A DNA stretch of 64,000 nt from an uncultured Pseudomonadota bacterium (lineage in GTDB: Bacteria; Babelota; Babeliae; Babelales; RVW-14): the NCBI GenBank assembly GCA_964527595.1, contig CAZGPI010000001.1, positions 12,865 through 76,864 on the forward strand. The letters are read 5' to 3'. Under the pieces are notes generated by a model. The model did not search any database, was not told the DNA's origin, and was given only the letters and a program-made list of their open reading frames with translations. The position numbers and the translations under genes are program-made. This document shows positions 28,101-37,519 of the stretch, piece by piece (position 1 is the stretch's first letter; every line of letters begins with the position of its first letter).

Positions 28101-30404
28101 CTCAGGGAAACGATAACGATCTGCATCTGCTTGTTGGAAGGTAATAGCATCTGAACTATCAGTTGCTGGTAAGAATTCTGCATAACCTGGATATTGCTCG
28201 GTTGTGAAGAACAAGCGTTCGCCACCCGTAATTGCAGGTTCAGATTCTTCTGTTTTACCGTTAACAAACTTGGTTGCATCGGTATGAGCAAATGTTGTAT
28301 TGAATAACGACATTTTGTCGTTCATAAACAATCCAGGGGAATTGTAACGAACATATTTATCGGTATCGTTATAAAGCAATGGACGAGTAATGACAACTGG
28401 AGCTCCAGCTTCATCAATATTGATTTCGCGGCCGGCATAGTCTGTCAACACACTAGCCAAGGTTATAACACCTGAACCAATTGCTGATAAAACTGTTCCG
28501 TCAGCTGCCTTGCTTGTAACCGTTAATGGGCCTTCAACATCCAAAGCTATTTCGCCTTCACCTGTTTTGGTGAAAAGGATGCCGGTTGCGTCATCAACAA
28601 GGTTTTCAAGTTGATAGCCATCATAACCAGCTTTTTGGAGTGAACCATCGTCGTAAATTGCTCCAAGAGCGAGCGCCTTATTAAAGTCGATGTCTGCATC
28701 GGCAATAGCATCAATGCCTGAAATTTCTGGATAACGAACCCAGAAATTGAATAAATAACCATTACCAAATCCGCTAAATGCATTATCTGCTGTCATATAT
28801 GGGGATGTTGACACTGAAGCATTTTTGAACATTGCTTTTGCATTACCACGAAGAATAATTTGAGGGGAGAGTGCGGCAGCGCCACGGGCAGCGGCGTCTG
28901 CACCAGCAAAAGGATGTCTTGCATTTGCATCTGCATATACAGACTGATCAATTCCGTCAACCATAAATGCTGATGGGTTATGCTTCTTGATATAAGTAGC
29001 ATCAAAATCGGCAGCGGCCAAATAATCAACATCATTTGATGCGCCACCAACGTAATCTACAAAAGCATTGTCATAAACATCAAGTACGCCATTTACACCC
29101 AAAACAAAGCCTAATCTGACGTTCTTGTCTATCTTATTAAGATATGCCCATTCGGCGCCAAAATTTTCGGTACCAAAATCCTTGTAAGGATCTGATGCGA
29201 ATTTGCCCATATTTTGGCAATCATTAATAACTAACAAGCCACGAGGACCAGCTTCAATAGTCTTGGTATCTTTTTTGCCTTTTTTCACAGCAATTTTAAC
29301 TGCTGGATCAACCTTAATGACACGCAAAATTGCGTTAACACCGGCAGGTGCTGAGAAATTATAACCTGAAGCATCATCAAGAGCAGCTGTTCTAATGGTT
29401 GCTGCGTCAAAGTCTGTGACTGAGTGACCTGCAACAACAATTGCACCGTCGTTAAATGGATACTTTTCGGTCATTTGTGGGAAACGAGCAGCGTCATCTT
29501 CGCCACCAGCAAAACGGGTTGTATCGGTTTTGTATGCACCCTTAACAAAGAGCACCATACGACCGGTACCAACTGTATTTGATGTATTGATACCAACCGC
29601 GGCATTATATGCACCAACGGTATTAATACCATCGTCGGCTGTAGCATTGTCTGATAAGTACGTAAATACTGAGTTTGGACCAACGTAAATCATTGTACGT
29701 TGCATTCCGCCAGCATCATTCTTACGTTCAAAGACAACTTTATTTTCGCCTGCATCAACTTGTTCTTTGGTTTGATCCATAAGAACAAAGACTTTTGTTC
29801 CACTAGCATTTGCTGAGTATGTAGCGTCTTCTCGAGGCATAATTAAGCCGGTTGTTGGATCAATTACAGCTGGGGTTGAGGTATCCGTCTCACCGTCAAA
29901 CTTAATAACGGTACCATCAGCCATTTTAAAGATTGTTTGGCCTGCACCCTTGAAAACAACATGAAGGTCCATAGGCGCTGGTTCACGTGTATCTAAACCA
30001 CGAAATGTTAAGTCATAATCAACATTAACCGTGATTTTTTTTCCGGCCGTTGTTTCAAAGGTAAGCGACGCGCCTTCAGCGTTAGCATATGGCTTCATAA
30101 CAACTGGCGTATTAATATTAACGGTCAAATCTTCATCTGTACCCGTACCAAGTATTACATCGCCACTGATCTCTAAGGGGATTGGAAGACCATCTTGATC
30201 CAATTCGCATGAAATATCAACAACATCTGGGACCGTTGGCTCACCATCGTCACCGGCCAAATAAGAACCATTAGATGTCAACCCGAGTTCTGCACTGATA
30301 ACACTATCTCCTCCGCCAACATTCGTCCATTCAAATGCCTGTATTCCAAAAAAAGGCATTGCTAATAGCGCTGTGACGAGGAGTTTCATTCGAAGTTTAT
30401 TCAT
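25119..30404 (-). CDS. Giant secreted beta-rich surface protein (1761 aa), function unknown
   Basis: Uninterrupted ORF, SD AAGGAGAAGG, signal peptide, G/A/D/N/T-rich, strongly biased codons. Confidence 0.85.
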   Translation of the reverse strand: MNKLRMKLLVTALLAMPFFGIQAFEWTNVGGGDSVISAELGLTSNGSYLAGDDGEPTVPDVVDISCELDQDGLPIPLEISGDVILGTGTDEDLTVNINTPVVMKPYANAEGASLTFETTAGKKITVNVDYDLTFRGLDTREPAPMDLHVVFKGAGQTIFKMADGTVIKFDGETDTSTPAVIDPTTGLIMPREDATYSANASGTKVFVLMDQTKEQVDAGENKVVFERKNDAGGMQRTMIYVGPNSVFTYLSDNATADDGINTVGAYNAAVGINTSNTVGTGRMVLFVKGAYKTDTTRFAGGEDDAARFPQMTEKYPFNDGAIVVAGHSVTDFDAATIRTAALDDASGYNFSAPAGVNAILRVIKVDPAVKIAVKKGKKDTKTIEAGPRGLLVINDCQNMGKFASDPYKDFGTENFGAEWAYLNKIDKNVRLGFVLGVNGVLDVYDNAFVDYVGGASNDVDYLAAADFDATYIKKHNPSAFMVDGIDQSVYADANARHPFAGADAAARGAAALSPQIILRGNAKAMFKNASVSTSPYMTADNAFSGFGNGYLFNFWVRYPEISGIDAIADADIDFNKALALGAIYDDGSLQKAGYDGYQLENLVDDATGILFTKTGEGEIALDVEGPLTVTSKAADGTVLSAIGSGVITLASVLTDYAGREINIDEAGAPVVITRPLLYNDTDKYVRYNSPGLFMNDKMSLFNTTFAHTDATKFVNGKTEESEPAITGGERLFFTTEQYPGYAEFLPATDSSDAITFQQADADRYRFPEFRLFNSELALHETLCASGVRFVAMDAPFVPATAGSNTSVIRFYDHGEALDGLNTGYGRLFMLGSELNLMEGEIAGPNYVTQSAFINVFKRNKPVGPTGSSTVKLALRNGNEFPVGVSSADRNRQRSTHTIFMGIPTNVAGAQVGMFVGWPTVGKLNGDTFDFPIADSRMYPYKDEVFSETDKDVYWFKLNAIDADLPAAHAELAIEGNSICVTAQNNAGVGAFIPVKDESDNGNVYVDFGGKMTITESPVDVRTGLTTKSFNTSWINTNIPVKTWNDYDIDGVVRFSFFSGDVNLPSNQVTFAGNYGIQPYGLTANMIGSNVDALGFTRLPTCEEMNIGWFYRDPAIGQLAKSRIPSMRPDYIMYVGAGSDVQQMRVSGATINDPFNVDISGDGARPKVARVREFSSLASTRAQKFIGEGQHGIIFAEFGGRFGLGSTEWNSNSLNAWNVLGEDYVTIAPLGSCTIDVNEDVVIADDLPFMPMMRKSAVGYGFGDFTDAAIAADPNGALYHRMTIRSETEREVRVLAGTVLDLSGFGQGNRRQEIAFGGKVKLVFEEGASIRFPKAEDVAGKGGVVLYFNDESQLVFEGINEAISSRYYSAATSDENRIKIFGKGQIWLNKNSKIKVFGTASVAVQADATTPTTDFTISMQRQSQFVIGDANMPGGVFQVGNTVPVADSSINFLLLINGADATFHTDREGFFGLGAGIINKPGSKMNGNASVTNNPQVVNGKASIVGGFPVFSADGVPAVGEEGAEFASGNAWQIIPLSNVANVNVTVTNGIIEHKSIANGSSSDASLWAFGPFSGTGTIKLNASTSAIIRGGGNVMMVPALMAGTSFIPVNLWDFAGTTAASEENGSFGETYGILASAPVIGKNVASTAIVSAFNQGASTVLANSTDLFNFLTYQPFGSQAGSRYVNLGATQFSTAMDFVNAAQAGEKYDVLVGDVETFLPTIYRITSPAVIAGKVEDSLKSGVLATRADSNANPTSFTVVQ

Positions 30405-30992
30405 TATTCCTTCTCCTTGGGGATGAAAAATTAAACTTCCTAAACTGTTACTATTTGTTTTTGAGATTGTTTGAATCGCCGACCTCCTTTCTGAAAAAAA
30501 GCTTACCGAACCTCACCTTCCGATGAATTGAGTAAAAAATATTTTAAACCGATCCCTACGGCCCAAGAATGAGTTCAAAATGAAAGAAGTAATTTGTTTT
30601 AAAAAGACTGCGATCCACTTGTTGAGACCGCTTAAAAGAAAAAGAAGCAAGGCAAAACGCCGAGCTGAATGGCAATATCTTCATGACTTCTCCTTTTTTA
30701 AGCTTCATTCTACTCTTCCTGAGGATATGCATCTATTCAAAATTAACTTAACCATTGTAGCCTAAAAGTCAAGGTGTAATTTAAACCAAAACTGGCTGTA
30801 AAATTAATGATTGGCTATCGTTTTTTTTCAAAAAAATGCCGAGGAAACACCGCTTACAACACACAAAATCTATTTACATTACCACTACGTTATGTTATCT
30901 AAATAGAGCCTAATATTTAGCATCATAATATAATCGAAGTGACCCCATAAAAGTAAAGACTTTTGTAAAATTAAAAAAAGGACATTTGTAAC

Positions 30993-32162
30993 ATGCAAGC
31001 TGTACAGTTTTTCTCACTCGCTCGCCAAATTAAAAGCTTAGAGACCGAATTACAAAACACCGTTTCTCAGGTTATAGCTAGCCAGCAATTTATTGGTGGA
31101 ACCTATGTAGAAGCCTTTGAGAAGAAAATGGCTGGTTACTTAAACGTAAACCATGTCATCGCTTGTAACTCTGGAACCGATGCCCTATGGCTCGCGCTCA
31201 AAGCATTAAGCATTCAAGAAAATGCCATTGTTTTGACCACCCCATTCTCATTTATCGCTTCCAGCAGCGAAATTGTTGCTCATAATGCTAATCCAGTCTT
31301 CATTGATATTGACCCAGAAACATTTAATATCAACCCAGAAAAATTGAAGTTTTGGCTAGAAACAAACGCAAAAGTCGTTAATGGCAAAACAATCCATACC
31401 GAAACCGGATTGCCCGTTTCTGGTATTATCGCCGTTGACCTTTTTGGACAATGTGCCGATTATGCCGCGATTAAGCAAATTGCAAAAGAGTGGAACCTTT
31501 GGATTATCGAGGATACAGCTCAAGCAATTGGCGCTTTGTATCAAGGTAAACAAGCCGGAACACTTGGCGATATTGGTTGTTTCTCCTTCTACCCTACCAA
31601 GAACTTGGGCGCATTTGGCGACGCCGGATGTTGCTGTACCAATGACCCTCAATTAGCTGAAAAGCTTTTACGCCTACGTAATCATGGCCGCAAAACACAT
31701 TATGATTATGTTGAAAAAGGTATTAATAGCCGTTTAGATGGTATTCAAGCGGCCATCTTAAACCTAAAGCTCGACTACTTAGCAGCATGGAATAGCCGCC
31801 GCAATGCAATCGCCACTCGTTACAACACGGCATTTGCCGGGCACCCATTGATCAAAGTTCCTCGCGAAATCGTCGGGCGCCATGTTTACCACCAATACTC
31901 AATCCAATTGAGCAACCCTCAATTGCGTAATGAGCTTAAACAGTATTTGACCGAGCAAGGCATTGGAAACAACATTTTCTATCCAAAATCACTTCAGGAT
32001 ATTGAATTCTTAAATCCAAATCCTATCCTTGCAACCGAGTGCCCGATTTCTGGCAACTTGTCGGCAACCATTTTGGCATTACCTATCTGGCCAGAACTTA
32101 CCGACCAAGAAGTTGAACATGTTATCCAAACAGTTATCAATGCTCCTATGCTTGCTGCGTAA
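30993..32162 (+). CDS. DegT/DnrJ/EryC1/StrS PLP-dependent sugar aminotransferase
   Basis: CNSGTDAL, VDLFGQ, EDTAQAIG, FSFYPTKNLGAFGD.G, NSRLD.IQAA. Confidence 0.93.
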   Translation: MQAVQFFSLARQIKSLETELQNTVSQVIASQQFIGGTYVEAFEKKMAGYLNVNHVIACNSGTDALWLALKALSIQENAIVLTTPFSFIASSSEIVAHNANPVFIDIDPETFNINPEKLKFWLETNAKVVNGKTIHTETGLPVSGIIAVDLFGQCADYAAIKQIAKEWNLWIIEDTAQAIGALYQGKQAGTLGDIGCFSFYPTKNLGAFGDAGCCCTNDPQLAEKLLRLRNHGRKTHYDYVEKGINSRLDGIQAAILNLKLDYLAAWNSRRNAIATRYNTAFAGHPLIKVPREIVGRHVYHQYSIQLSNPQLRNELKQYLTEQGIGNNIFYPKSLQDIEFLNPNPILATECPISGNLSATILALPIWPELTDQEVEHVIQTVINAPMLAA

Positions 32163-32177
32163 ATAAAGCGATAAAGA

Positions 32178-32220
32178 TCAAAAAAAGGCCCTGCACGAAA
32201 ACTGCGGGGCCTTTTTTTGA
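32178..32220 (+). terminator. Rho-independent terminator
   Basis: AAAAAAAGGCCCTGCA...TGCGGGGCCTTTTTTT. Confidence 0.75.
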
Positions 32221-32245
32221 CTACGAAAAATCTTCAGTATAGACT
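32217..32245 (+). promoter_or_regulatory. Putative sigma70 promoter of the tmk-holB operon
   Basis: TTGACT-N17-TAGACT. Confidence 0.5.
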
Positions 32246-32251
32246 TAATTG

Positions 32252-32292
32252 ATTATTATCAGGATGGACCCCGGATCGAGTCCGGGGTGACA
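32252..32292. repeat. Solo family A palindrome in the tmk leader
   Basis: ATTATTATCAGGATGGACCCCGGATCGAGTCCGGGGTGACA; core matches 22813-22843 and 19209-19239, flank matches the reverse complement of 19154-19170. Confidence 0.88.
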
Positions 32293-32317
32293 AGGAACGA
32301 CAAAAAAGGTGAACGGT

Positions 32318-32953
32318 ATGAATAAAAAGTATCCAGGCAAGCTCATTTCCCTTGAAGGCATTGACGGTTGTGGCAAATCAACCCTGGCAAAAGCATTGAC
32401 CGAAAATCTTACTCAAGCTGGTTATACGGTTGTATTGACCAAGGAATCTGGCGGAACACCGCTTGGCCAAAATTTACGCACACTCCTTCATGACAGAAAA
32501 GATCCAATGGGCAGCAAAGCCGAATATTTCATACTAGCTGCCGACCGAGCTCAACATTTTGAGCAGGTTGTTATTCCAGCATTGCAAGCGGGTAAATTAG
32601 TGATATCTGATCGCATGAACGATTCATCAATGGCCTATCAGGGATACGGTCGCGGCCTTGACCTTGAGATGATCAAAGTGATCAATACCTGGGCAATGAG
32701 TGGCATAACCCAAGACCTTGTTTTGTTTATCGATATTGACCCTCAGATAGCCATAAAAAGATATTTGGCACGCAAGGAACAATTAACCGCATTTGAACAA
32801 GAAAAAATCGATTTTTGGCACCGAGTCAGCTCTGGATATCATGAAATCTTTAAGGGCCGTCCCGAAGTAGCCACGCTCGATGGAAAATTATCCCAAGCCG
32901 AACTACTAACCCAGGCTCTGATGATTATAAAAGACAGAGGGCTCGTAGAATAA
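32318..32953 (+). CDS. tmk: Thymidylate kinase
   Basis: EGIDGCGKST, ADRAQH, ISDR..SSMAYQGYGRG. Confidence 0.95.
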   Translation: MNKKYPGKLISLEGIDGCGKSTLAKALTENLTQAGYTVVLTKESGGTPLGQNLRTLLHDRKDPMGSKAEYFILAADRAQHFEQVVIPALQAGKLVISDRMNDSSMAYQGYGRGLDLEMIKVINTWAMSGITQDLVLFIDIDPQIAIKRYLARKEQLTAFEQEKIDFWHRVSSGYHEIFKGRPEVATLDGKLSQAELLTQALMIIKDRGLVE

Positions 32954-33714
32954 TGGCGACTATACAACTCAAGGATCTCCTTGTCCCAACAATCCTCATC
33001 GAAGGTGCAAGCGCACAGGCACAAGAACACGCAACGCAGCTTTTGTGCCAAAATTTTTGCAAGTTTAGGGAGGTGAATGAGCCATCAGGTTGCTTTTGCA
33101 TAAACTGCCGACGAATACAACAGCACGAACACCCTTACATTATATGGATTTGCCCTGAAAAGGATTACACCATTGATGAAGTTGATGTGATTTTTGATAA
33201 AATACGTTTTGCCCTCGAAGATAACGAACAATTTTTCTTTGTGCTCGAAAAGGCACAAACCCTCAACCCAGCAACCGCTAATCGTTTGCTCAAGGTCCTT
33301 GAAGAACCTCCTCGCGGCTACGTCTTTATTCTGCTGACAACGAATAAAAATGCTATCTTGCCAACCATTCGTTCACGTTCATATATCATCGAACTTGGAG
33401 CGGCAACTCGCGGGGAACAAAACAGTTTATACCTTGACCCAGTCATGGAATATCTCGTGGTACCATCAAAACTTGATGATCCGGTCGGCTTTGAACAAGA
33501 ACTTAAGAAGAAAAAGTTTTCTGAAAATGAAGTTGTACAACTATCTTTTGATCTTCTTGAATATTTGACGCAAAAAATTGCACAAAACCCAAATGATACG
33601 GCATGGGCTTACGCCGCAATTGAAACGGTCAAAGACCATTTGCATACACCGCCAGGTCCTGGTAGCGCCGAATTTTTCTTAAAGCGGCTCTTTTTACACA
33701 TGCCTCGGCCATGA
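32953..33714 (+). CDS. holB: DNA polymerase III delta-prime subunit (short)
   Basis: Zn finger C..GCFCINC..HP, ANRLLKVLEEPP, LPTIRSR; follows tmk. Confidence 0.88.
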   Translation: MATIQLKDLLVPTILIEGASAQAQEHATQLLCQNFCKFREVNEPSGCFCINCRRIQQHEHPYIIWICPEKDYTIDEVDVIFDKIRFALEDNEQFFFVLEKAQTLNPATANRLLKVLEEPPRGYVFILLTTNKNAILPTIRSRSYIIELGAATRGEQNSLYLDPVMEYLVVPSKLDDPVGFEQELKKKKFSENEVVQLSFDLLEYLTQKIAQNPNDTAWAYAAIETVKDHLHTPPGPGSAEFFLKRLFLHMPRP

Positions 33715-34631
33715 ACTTTAGCCGAACCCAACCTTTTTTTATAAAAGCAAAAAAATATCTGCTCAATTTCCTTCAAACCCAACTCATCCTCACCATTATC
33801 GCCACGCCAATATTAGTCGATTGGGGGCTCCCCTTATCACTCATGACGTTTGTTGGTAACCTCATTTTTACCCCGGCGCTTACGATTTTCCTCATTCTGA
33901 GTTCATTGGTCTTTTTTACCCAACTTTTACATATCCCCAACCATCTTTTGGCGCTTTCACTTGATAGATTCACCCAAGGCTGGGATGATATCATTGCCCA
34001 CGGAAGCCCTACTTGGCTTATCGAGTTTTGTCGACCGCCAACACTAATCCTTTTTGCAATTCCGGTCATTACTTTTGGCGTCTTACAAATCGGCAAATTT
34101 AAAAGCCACGGCACCCGTATCATAGCCATGTCAGGAATCCTTTGCGTTAGTTTGCTTGGATTATGGGGATGGTCATTTATCGACCGACCACCAATTAACC
34201 AAACAACGGCAACGAATATACCGCAAGTCATCCACCTTACCCCAAAGGGCGAGCAAAAAGAATTGGACTTGCTACAAAAAAACCAAAAGTTGGATATCCA
34301 TCAAGAACCCGATGGTAGGCTCACGATAACCGACGACGGATTTTTCAACCGCCGGCACTCTCCAGAAAAGGCACTTGAATTTGAACTCAAGCCATATCTG
34401 GTAAAACGATTTGGGAAAATTCATCTTAAAGAATTGGTCATCACGCGCCCCGGCCAACGGACAATGGCAGGAGCAATTGCTTTTTGCACCCTATTCACGG
34501 TTGATAAAGTAACACTCCCCTATTTCAAAAAGAAGCTAAGCAAGGGCGGATGGCGGACATTTTTTGGACTTAAGCGATTGCTTGAAGAAAAAAAGATTGA
34601 ATTTAACCGGCCAAATTCACTTGAAAGTTAG
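33711..34631 (+). CDS. ComEC/Rec2-like membrane protein, C-terminal part of the competence domain only
   Basis: Q......P........S......N...P TM pattern typical of the second half of the ComEC domain, followed by a soluble domain. Confidence 0.55.
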   Translation: MNFSRTQPFFIKAKKYLLNFLQTQLILTIIATPILVDWGLPLSLMTFVGNLIFTPALTIFLILSSLVFFTQLLHIPNHLLALSLDRFTQGWDDIIAHGSPTWLIEFCRPPTLILFAIPVITFGVLQIGKFKSHGTRIIAMSGILCVSLLGLWGWSFIDRPPINQTTATNIPQVIHLTPKGEQKELDLLQKNQKLDIHQEPDGRLTITDDGFFNRRHSPEKALEFELKPYLVKRFGKIHLKELVITRPGQRTMAGAIAFCTLFTVDKVTLPYFKKKLSKGGWRTFFGLKRLLEEKKIEFNRPNSLES

Positions 34632-34638
34632 ATGGTTT

Positions 34639-35658
34639 TTAGTAAATAACACACTCAGCACTCATTAACTGGTCAAGCACCGAATTAAACGGCTTCCCTT
34701 GAAAAACAAAATCATGCGTTCCTAAACACAAAGGAAGCGAAAGCTCATGCCGATCGGCAAGCTTCTTAACAACTTGCAACGTATTAACACCTTCGGGTAA
34801 AACAGGAAACTGTTTTGTAAGATCTGACAATTTGGCGCCCTGCCCTAACAATCTGCCAACCTTAAAGTTTCTGCTCAATGATCCGGTGCAACATAATACT
34901 AAATCCCCAAAGCCAGATAACCCGTAAATAGTTTCTGGTTTTCCACCCAAAGCTATGGATATTTGCGCCATTTCATGCACCGCTTGAGTCATAAGATAAG
35001 CAACGGTATTTTCGCGACATTGAGCACCATTGGCCAGACCAAGAGCAAGTGCCATAACATTTTTAAACGCTCCGCCGACTTGGACACCTATAACGTCGTC
35101 CGATCCATAAACTTTGAAAAATTGATTATCTAACATTTTGGCAATATCAAAAATCATGGCGCGGGATGCCGAAGCCACAACCGTTGCCGTTGGTACCTTT
35201 TGCGCAAGCTCATGAGCAAAATTGGGGCCACCCAAAATAGCAATTTCATGTTGAAACCCAAGAGCCTCGGTTATAATTTCAACCGGTAACCGTAATGAAT
35301 CTGCGTCAACGCCTTTACTCAAAACCACAATTCGGTGCTCCGGAGTCATCCATGTTTTTGCCGAAGTAAAAACTGAGTTAAGACAGGTAACTGGAACGGC
35401 TTCAAATAACCATGAACTTGATTGAACCGCCTCTTGAAGGTTGGCCGTTGCTCTAATGTTTTTTTGCAGCTTGATCCCAGGCAAGTAGCGGCTATTAAGC
35501 CCATTGCGATTAACATCATCGGCTACATCTTGCTCATAACACCACATCGTAACGTCGTGTCCATTTTCTGCCAACAGGGTTGCAATTGCGGTTCCCCATG
35601 CACCAGCCCCAAGAATTGTTACTTTATTCATCATATTCATCAATTTCTTATTTTCCAA
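34639..35658 (-). CDS. gpsA: NAD(P)H-dependent glycerol-3-phosphate dehydrogenase
   Basis: GAGAWGTA, SKG, GPNFA.E, GGAFKNV.A, GLSGFGDL..C..SRN, EGV. Confidence 0.95.
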   Translation of the reverse strand: MENKKLMNMMNKVTILGAGAWGTAIATLLAENGHDVTMWCYEQDVADDVNRNGLNSRYLPGIKLQKNIRATANLQEAVQSSSWLFEAVPVTCLNSVFTSAKTWMTPEHRIVVLSKGVDADSLRLPVEIITEALGFQHEIAILGGPNFAHELAQKVPTATVVASASRAMIFDIAKMLDNQFFKVYGSDDVIGVQVGGAFKNVMALALGLANGAQCRENTVAYLMTQAVHEMAQISIALGGKPETIYGLSGFGDLVLCCTGSLSRNFKVGRLLGQGAKLSDLTKQFPVLPEGVNTLQVVKKLADRHELSLPLCLGTHDFVFQGKPFNSVLDQLMSAECVIY

Positions 35659-36334
35659 AATTTCTTTTCACATCATTAAATTCATCAATACAGTTTTTTA
35701 TTGTTTGCTCCGAGACCTCGGGCCAATAACAATCGAGAAACTTAAACTCGCTATAAGCGGCTTGATACAACAAAAAGTTACTTAGCCGCACAATACCGCC
35801 AGTCCTTATAATTAAGTCTGGATCTGGCATACCATCGGTCCAAAGTGAATGGCGAATACTATCTTCGGTAATCTGGTCAACCTGTAAATCCCCGGCCAAT
35901 ACTTGCCGAGCTATCTTGCGCGCAGCAAAAACAAGTTCTTGTCTGCCACCATAACAAAACAAAAGGCTCAACGTAAGACACGTAAGGTCTTTAGTTTTTT
36001 CGTGAATTTCTTGTATTGTAGGCCTAATTTGTGGAGGGAAAAACTGCTCATCCCCTAAAAATTGAACCCTAACCCCTTTTGCTATCAATTCGGGCAATTT
36101 TTTGAGAAATTCTTTTGGAAGCACCGAAAAAAGGTACCCTTTTTCAACTTCACTTCTATTGAAATTTTCTAAAGAAAACGTGTAAAAGGAAAGAAATTTA
36201 ATATTATTATCGATACACACCTTGATGGCCACTTGGAATACATCCATTCCTTTATGGTGTCCAAAATGGGTCTCTAGCTTGTGATTCGCCGCCCAACGAC
36301 GGTTTCCATCAGGAATTATTGCAAGATGCTGCAT
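35648..36334 (-). CDS. uppS: Undecaprenyl diphosphate synthase
   Basis: HLAIIPDGNRRWA, FSLENFNR, YGGRQE, PDPDLIIRTGG..RLSNFLLYQAAYSE. Confidence 0.96.
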   Translation of the reverse strand: MQHLAIIPDGNRRWAANHKLETHFGHHKGMDVFQVAIKVCIDNNIKFLSFYTFSLENFNRSEVEKGYLFSVLPKEFLKKLPELIAKGVRVQFLGDEQFFPPQIRPTIQEIHEKTKDLTCLTLSLLFCYGGRQELVFAARKIARQVLAGDLQVDQITEDSIRHSLWTDGMPDPDLIIRTGGIVRLSNFLLYQAAYSEFKFLDCYWPEVSEQTIKNCIDEFNDVKRNFGK

Positions 36335-36509
36335 AATAACGTCCTCTCCGTATCTTTAAGCTTTTTATTGCTCTCATACTACCTAAAAACACATAACTTT
36401 CAATAGGAAAATCAATGCAAACGATGCAACCCATACTTTTCTCTCATTAGATAGAACAAAAAAACATAATATCTACCCGGAGCCGGATACTCTCAAATTT
36501 CTTTACTAT

Positions 36510-36537
36510 TTGACATATATATATTATGTGATAGACT
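36510..36537 (+). promoter_or_regulatory. Putative sigma70 promoter
   Basis: TTGACA-N16-TAGACT upstream of the HAD gene. Confidence 0.4.
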
Positions 36538-36698
36538 TTAAAAATAAGAATCATAAACTATATACTTTTGCTCATGAAAATTCATACACTGATAAAAAGG
36601 AAAATCTTAATAACCACCGTTTTCCTTTCTCTGCGCGGACAACAAGGCTTAAGCATACTAAATAACAATCAATTTAACACCTTAGGAAAGGGGTTATT

Positions 36699-37388
36699 AT
36701 GAACGAAATAAAGAACAAAATCAAAGCGGTCATATTTGATATGGACGGCACCATTATAAAAACCGAACATATTTGGCGTAATGTTTCAGTCAAAGTCCTT
36801 ATGGAACAATGCAAAATCACTGAACTTACAGAACACCACGAAGCATTTATGCGCTCACTTTCGGGCATGGGGCTTGAAAACGCAGCCATATCTATGAAAC
36901 AAACATTCGACTTAGCAATATCTACCGAAGATCTTATAAAACGTAAGATCGAATTAGCGGATCAAGCGTTTGATCATACCATCGAATTTATAAGTGGTTT
37001 TGAGCTATTTCACAATCAATTGCAAACACATGTTATTCCAACAAGCATTGCAACTAACGCCGATCAAGCAAACTTGAACCAAATAGCAAATTCGCTTAAT
37101 TTTTCACGATTCTTTGGTGAAAATATGTATTGTATCGCCGATGTTAACTTCAAAGCAAAGCCAGATCCAGCACTGTTCTTACACGCAGCTGAAAAACTTG
37201 GCGCAAAACCAGAAGAATGCGTCGTCTTTGAAGACTCTGTTTATGGGTTTCAAGCGGCTAAAGCTGCTGGCATGAAATGTATTGCTATCAAAAATCAATT
37301 CAACCACAAACACTTTGACCTTGTAGATCACGCAATTGATGATTATTCTCAAGCAGAAGAAGCGCTTAAAAAGCTCATTCTTCTGTAA
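36699..37388 (+). CDS. HAD-family phosphatase (beta-PGM/YqaB-like)
   Basis: IFDMDGT, KPDP..FL.AA..LG..PEEC.VFEDS..G..AA..AGM. Confidence 0.92.
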   Translation: MNEIKNKIKAVIFDMDGTIIKTEHIWRNVSVKVLMEQCKITELTEHHEAFMRSLSGMGLENAAISMKQTFDLAISTEDLIKRKIELADQAFDHTIEFISGFELFHNQLQTHVIPTSIATNADQANLNQIANSLNFSRFFGENMYCIADVNFKAKPDPALFLHAAEKLGAKPEECVVFEDSVYGFQAAKAAGMKCIAIKNQFNHKHFDLVDHAIDDYSQAEEALKKLILL

Positions 37389-37442
37389 TCTTCAGGCTTT
37401 CGGGCATCGATTTTCCCATTCTTTACCACAAATCTTATCTTT

Positions 37443-37470
37443 TTGACAAGATCCCCTTGCTGGATATACT
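37443..37470 (+). promoter_or_regulatory. Putative sigma70 promoter of kdsC-lptC
   Basis: TTGACA-N16-TATACT. Confidence 0.55.
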
Positions 37471-37519
37471 GAAACCTACGTAATAACAGGCTAAAAAGTT
37501 ATCCATTGGGGCTAATCAC

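Noticed and set aside
25444-29683. Multiple antisense and alternate-frame ORFs inside the giant gene, and similar ones in other long genes
   Set aside because: Shadow ORFs expected from codon bias; no motifs or ribosome-binding sites
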